DNA from: Fastidiosibacter lacustris
GTDB taxonomy: Bacteria; Pseudomonadota; Gammaproteobacteria; Francisellales; Francisellaceae
Reading direction: 5' to 3'
NCBI RefSeq assembly: GCF_003428155.1
Contig: NZ_QLIR01000008.1
Coordinates: forward strand, 54,568-86,567
DNA: 32,000 nucleotides
Below are positions 28,924 to 32,000 of this stretch, one piece after another. The position numbers were made by a program, and so were the translations under genes. The notes below the pieces were generated by a model. That model did no database searches. It was not told where the DNA came from and saw nothing but the letters and a program-made list of their open reading frames with translations. Numbering within the stretch: the stretch's first letter is position 1; every line of letters starts with the position of its first letter.

Positions 28924-29271
28924 AATTTTCCCCTATATCTTGTTGACAACCAAACCATGCTAGTTCTCCTAGCAACAGCATTGTGTCCTACTTAAGCCTA
29001 AAACACAAGATGAGAGTTAGAGCTCATGGTGATCATCAATGGCTGGAGTTGATCTAACTGGTAGTGCTTTTGTTAAAAAACTAATAAACTCGCTTACAGA
29101 TTTTGTTGGTTTATCGGTATAATCTTCCTTGTGATTGGTTCGGTTGTTTTGTTTGCACTTATAGCCTGCCAATCACCATGCCATAAGTCGATTTAAAAAC
29201 AACTACCTAACACTAAAAAAAGCGTCGGAATTCTAAACTTCAGTCAAAGAAGTAAAGGTTGAGGAAATAAT

Positions 29272-30555
29272 ATGAGTAAATACGTTATCATCGTTGGTTA
29301 TAACAACACAAGGATTTACGACGTTGCAAAAATTCGTAAAATAGCACAAAGGAAGTATGATTCTGGAGTCATCCTAATTCATGAAAATCCTGCTGCTGGA
29401 GATCAAGAATTTGCTGATTTTATCTGGCGTTATCCCCTAGTAAATGATATTGAAAATAGTTTAATGGCAATATGCAGCACCATTGCCCAGGAAAAATTCG
29501 AAATATTAGGGGTATTACCTTTTTCAGATCGTGGTGTAGAACTAGCTCTTCGTTTAGAAAGCAAATTAAAAGCTTTGCCTATAAAATGCCAATATCCTAG
29601 AGCATCCTTAGATAAAGAAATTTTTCGCAAGCTAGACCAGCAAACTACTCAACATCCTCAAAACTATCAGCCAATTTTTTCCAAAAAAGTCTTCAATTAC
29701 AACGACTATATGAATGTGATTAAGAGTTTTAAGTCTAATGTATTTGTCAAACCAAGTTCAGAAGGCAATAGCCGTGGATGCTATGCAGTTGAGTCCACGG
29801 CCGATGCACATAAAACATGGACTGAATTAGTATGCTACCATAATCAGGGTATTCTGATAGAAACGTTAATCGAAAATGTTCAAGAATACAGCTGGGATTA
29901 TGTAGCAGGAACATCATGGATTACCGATAAAAAAATTACCCATGATCAACCCGTAAAAGCAGAAATTCAACAAATCGTCCCCGCTAGGCTGAGCACAGAT
30001 CAGGAAACTATTATCAACCAAACAGGTAAACACATGATGTCATTGATCAGCAATAATCATGGCGCTTATCACAATGAAATTTTCCTGAATCATATCAACA
30101 ATCAATCTTTTGCCGTAGAAGTAAATATGCGACCTGCAGGTATGCACATATGGGATCTTGCTATGCTAGCTTTTGCTGATTTTAACCCATGGGAAAACTG
30201 GCTGGATTTTTGTATAAGTGGCAAGACCAAGAAACATCATCTCCAATTTCGTCGTTATGCTGGCATACGACAAATTGCTTCTCCTCTACGCGGGATATTA
30301 AATAACATCTCTGATTTAGCCGAATTTATTACTCCTGATAACTGCAAAATAGAATCGATTGTGATGCATAAAAAAATTGGAGACTATGTAGATAATATAA
30401 TCTCTGATAATGCTTCCTTTATTGGTCATATTATTCTGACCTCAGAGAACTATGACATGCTAGAGAAAGGACTTATTGAATTAACTTGTCAAATACAAAG
30501 TAAACTAGTTATAGTCCCCACTCTCCCAAAAGAAGAAACCGAGATTTTACAATGA
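29272..30555 (+). CDS. ATP-grasp enzyme, L-amino-acid-ligase-like (product unknown)
   Basis: 427 aa. ATP-grasp hallmarks are present: VFVKPSSEGNSRGCYAV (Lys plus flexible Gly/Ser loop), ILIETLI, HNEIFL and the Mg-binding AVEVNMRPAG (ExNxRxxG). SD GAGGA lies 7 nt upstream. Size and N-terminal pre-ATP-grasp domain resemble stand-alone amino-acid ligases more than RimK or DdlA. Confidence 0.8.
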   Translation: MSKYVIIVGYNNTRIYDVAKIRKIAQRKYDSGVILIHENPAAGDQEFADFIWRYPLVNDIENSLMAICSTIAQEKFEILGVLPFSDRGVELALRLESKLKALPIKCQYPRASLDKEIFRKLDQQTTQHPQNYQPIFSKKVFNYNDYMNVIKSFKSNVFVKPSSEGNSRGCYAVESTADAHKTWTELVCYHNQGILIETLIENVQEYSWDYVAGTSWITDKKITHDQPVKAEIQQIVPARLSTDQETIINQTGKHMMSLISNNHGAYHNEIFLNHINNQSFAVEVNMRPAGMHIWDLAMLAFADFNPWENWLDFCISGKTKKHHLQFRRYAGIRQIASPLRGILNNISDLAEFITPDNCKIESIVMHKKIGDYVDNIISDNASFIGHIILTSENYDMLEKGLIELTCQIQSKLVIVPTLPKEETEILQ

Positions 30556-31771
30556 CTAATACTAAATATCACCTATTAGCAATTTTCTCTATACTGCTTT
30601 CTAAGCTTGCTGATCAAATTCTCCTTTTCGCGATTCCGATTATTGTATTTAAATTAACAAATAGTTTTTCTTTATCGGGAATCGCCTTTTTTATGGAGTG
30701 GCTACCAAGAGTTATTTCTTTACCCATTTCTGGCAGAAAACTCGATAAATGTGACAGCCAGAATATGTTTGTCCACGCCAACTTTGTAAGAGGTGTCGTT
30801 ATTTTATGTGCTTTCTTGGCACTAAGCCTTACCTCAGTTTCCCTTTTTCTTGTGCTTTGCCTTATGATGGTTATTAATGGCTTTTACTATGCACGCTCAT
30901 TCGTCACTGTACAGTATTACACCTCACATGTTTACAGCGGCAAAAAACTTGCCAAAGTCCAGACTTATCTTATGAATATTGAACAAATAAGCCAAATCAT
31001 GGGACCTGCAATTGGTGTGGCTTTGTCAGTGTATTTCAATATTCTATCTGAGCTCATCATTATTGCCGTTATGTTTGTGCTGTCATCCCTATTTATCTTG
31101 CGCCTGCCAAAAAGCTATTTTATAGCTACAAACAAACAGAACGTTATCCAATCCAATATTGTAAAAGACTTACAAGTAGCACTGGGCGTCATCTGGTATA
31201 GTAACAAATTAAGGTGGATGGTTACCCTCACAATCTTTATTAATCTTATTTGGGGACTTATGCTATCAATGGGAGCCCCTTTAGTTACTGGAACATTCCA
31301 ATTAACTGCCAGCTATTTTGGTCTTGTGCAAACGGTAACAGGAATCGTGAACATTGCTATATTTATGCTTATCCCAATAGTGCTCAAACGCTGTAGTGTT
31401 GCCATCTTAGGTTTTTCTGCCACCATCGGCATGATTACAGGCGGACTACTTATCGGGGCAGGACAAACCTACACTTTTTCTTTATCGGTTATCTTTTTAT
31501 CATGGTCTTTGATGGCGTTTTTAACGTCTACATTCGTACAGAAAGAGCTAAATTTATCCCTAAAGATGTTCTTGGAAAAACAATTGGGATGATCGTATTT
31601 TTAAATCAATTAAGCGTGCCATTAGCTGGGCTTCTTATGTCAATCTTAGCAACTCTACTCTCACCGTTTGCCATTATTATAGTGTTTTGCATTCTCACAA
31701 TTGTCACGTTTATCCTATCTTTGCCACAGCTATTCCAACGACACGAGTTGGTTAATAATCCAAATACATGA
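30552..31771 (+). pseudogene. MFS transporter (EntS/MFS_3-like exporter) split by a 1-nt frameshift, either real or a sequencing error
   Basis: The start overlaps the ATP-grasp stop (ATGA). ORF 30552..31592 (346 aa) and ORF 31502..31771 (89 aa, frame shifted by -1) together make a transporter of about 406 aa and 12 helices. The second frame is open well upstream of 31502. Adding one T in the T5 run at 31494..31498 or at 31475..31479 restores one ORF (...SVIFFIMVFDGVFNVYIRTERAKFIPKDVLGKTIG...). Confidence 0.65.
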
Positions 31772-31849
31772 CAAAAGAAAACACTACCCAATTATTTTGG
31801 TTTCTCGGGGTATTCTAAAGCAACTTAATCGATGCTAACGCTGCCAACT

Positions 31850-32000
31850 TTACCTTTCCAAACTCAGTAGTTTCTGCTTACAAGCAATACCGCCAGCATA
31901 ACCACCAATTTTTCCGTCTGCTTTAATCACTCGGTGACACGGCACGATAATACATATCGGGTTTTTAGCATTTGCAGTTCCTACTGCACGGACAGCTTTT
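31850..32000 (-). CDS. ogt: Methylated-DNA-protein-cysteine methyltransferase, C-terminal part only (continues beyond the window)
   Basis: The minus-strand translation is [48 protein letters not shown]. It carries the active-site PCHRV motif and the NPxxIxxPCHRV...GxxxGY context. It is not in the ORF track because only 50 codons are in the window. Confidence 0.8.
   Translation of the reverse strand, partial: KAVRAVGTANAKNPICIIVPCHRVIKADGKIGGYAGGIACKQKLLSLER

Noticed and set aside
29129-29194. A GTG-initiated 21-codon ORF with a lipoprotein-like tail (VIGSVVLFALIACQSPCHKSI).
   Set aside because: It has no SD and no ATG, is very short, and lies just downstream of the candidate -10 box. It is more likely untranslated leader sequence.
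31491-31500. Programmed -1 ribosomal frameshifting as the explanation for the split MFS gene.
   Set aside because: The sequence atc-ttt-tta lacks a canonical X-XXY-YYZ heptamer. I see no convincing downstream stem-loop or pseudoknot. A homopolymer indel is the simpler explanation.

Overview
AT-rich gammaproteobacterial chromosome segment; the Legionellales-like taxon is an inference from protein sequences only. Most of the window is densely packed housekeeping genes. In order: truB (5' partial), rnr, grxB, recX-recA, an APH-fold kinase, a ycfL-like lipoprotein, the rpsU-yqeY-dnaG-rpoD macromolecular-synthesis operon, rbgA, birA, two amino-acid transporters, class I fumarase, yraN, prlC, an M50 protease, an Mth938-like protein, fabV, tRNA-Leu(CAA), tgt, putP and ogt (partial). 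I saw no rRNA, CRISPR array, transposase, integrase, or recognisable phage-defence or toxin-antitoxin module. Three loci do not look like core genome. (1) A single 770-aa ORF joins a complete CopA-type multicopper oxidase to a CopB-type outer-membrane domain. (2) A 38-49 nt leader element is repeated immediately upstream of that ORF and of the APH-fold kinase 20 kb away. (3) An orphan ATP-grasp (L-amino-acid-ligase-like) gene is translationally coupled to an MFS exporter. That exporter is frameshifted in or near a T5 run, and the pair follows a 550-nt non-coding region holding two small candidate ORFs. None of these is a demonstrably new system from sequence alone. They are the best candidates for follow-up. 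All homology calls come from motif recognition by eye, not from database searches.
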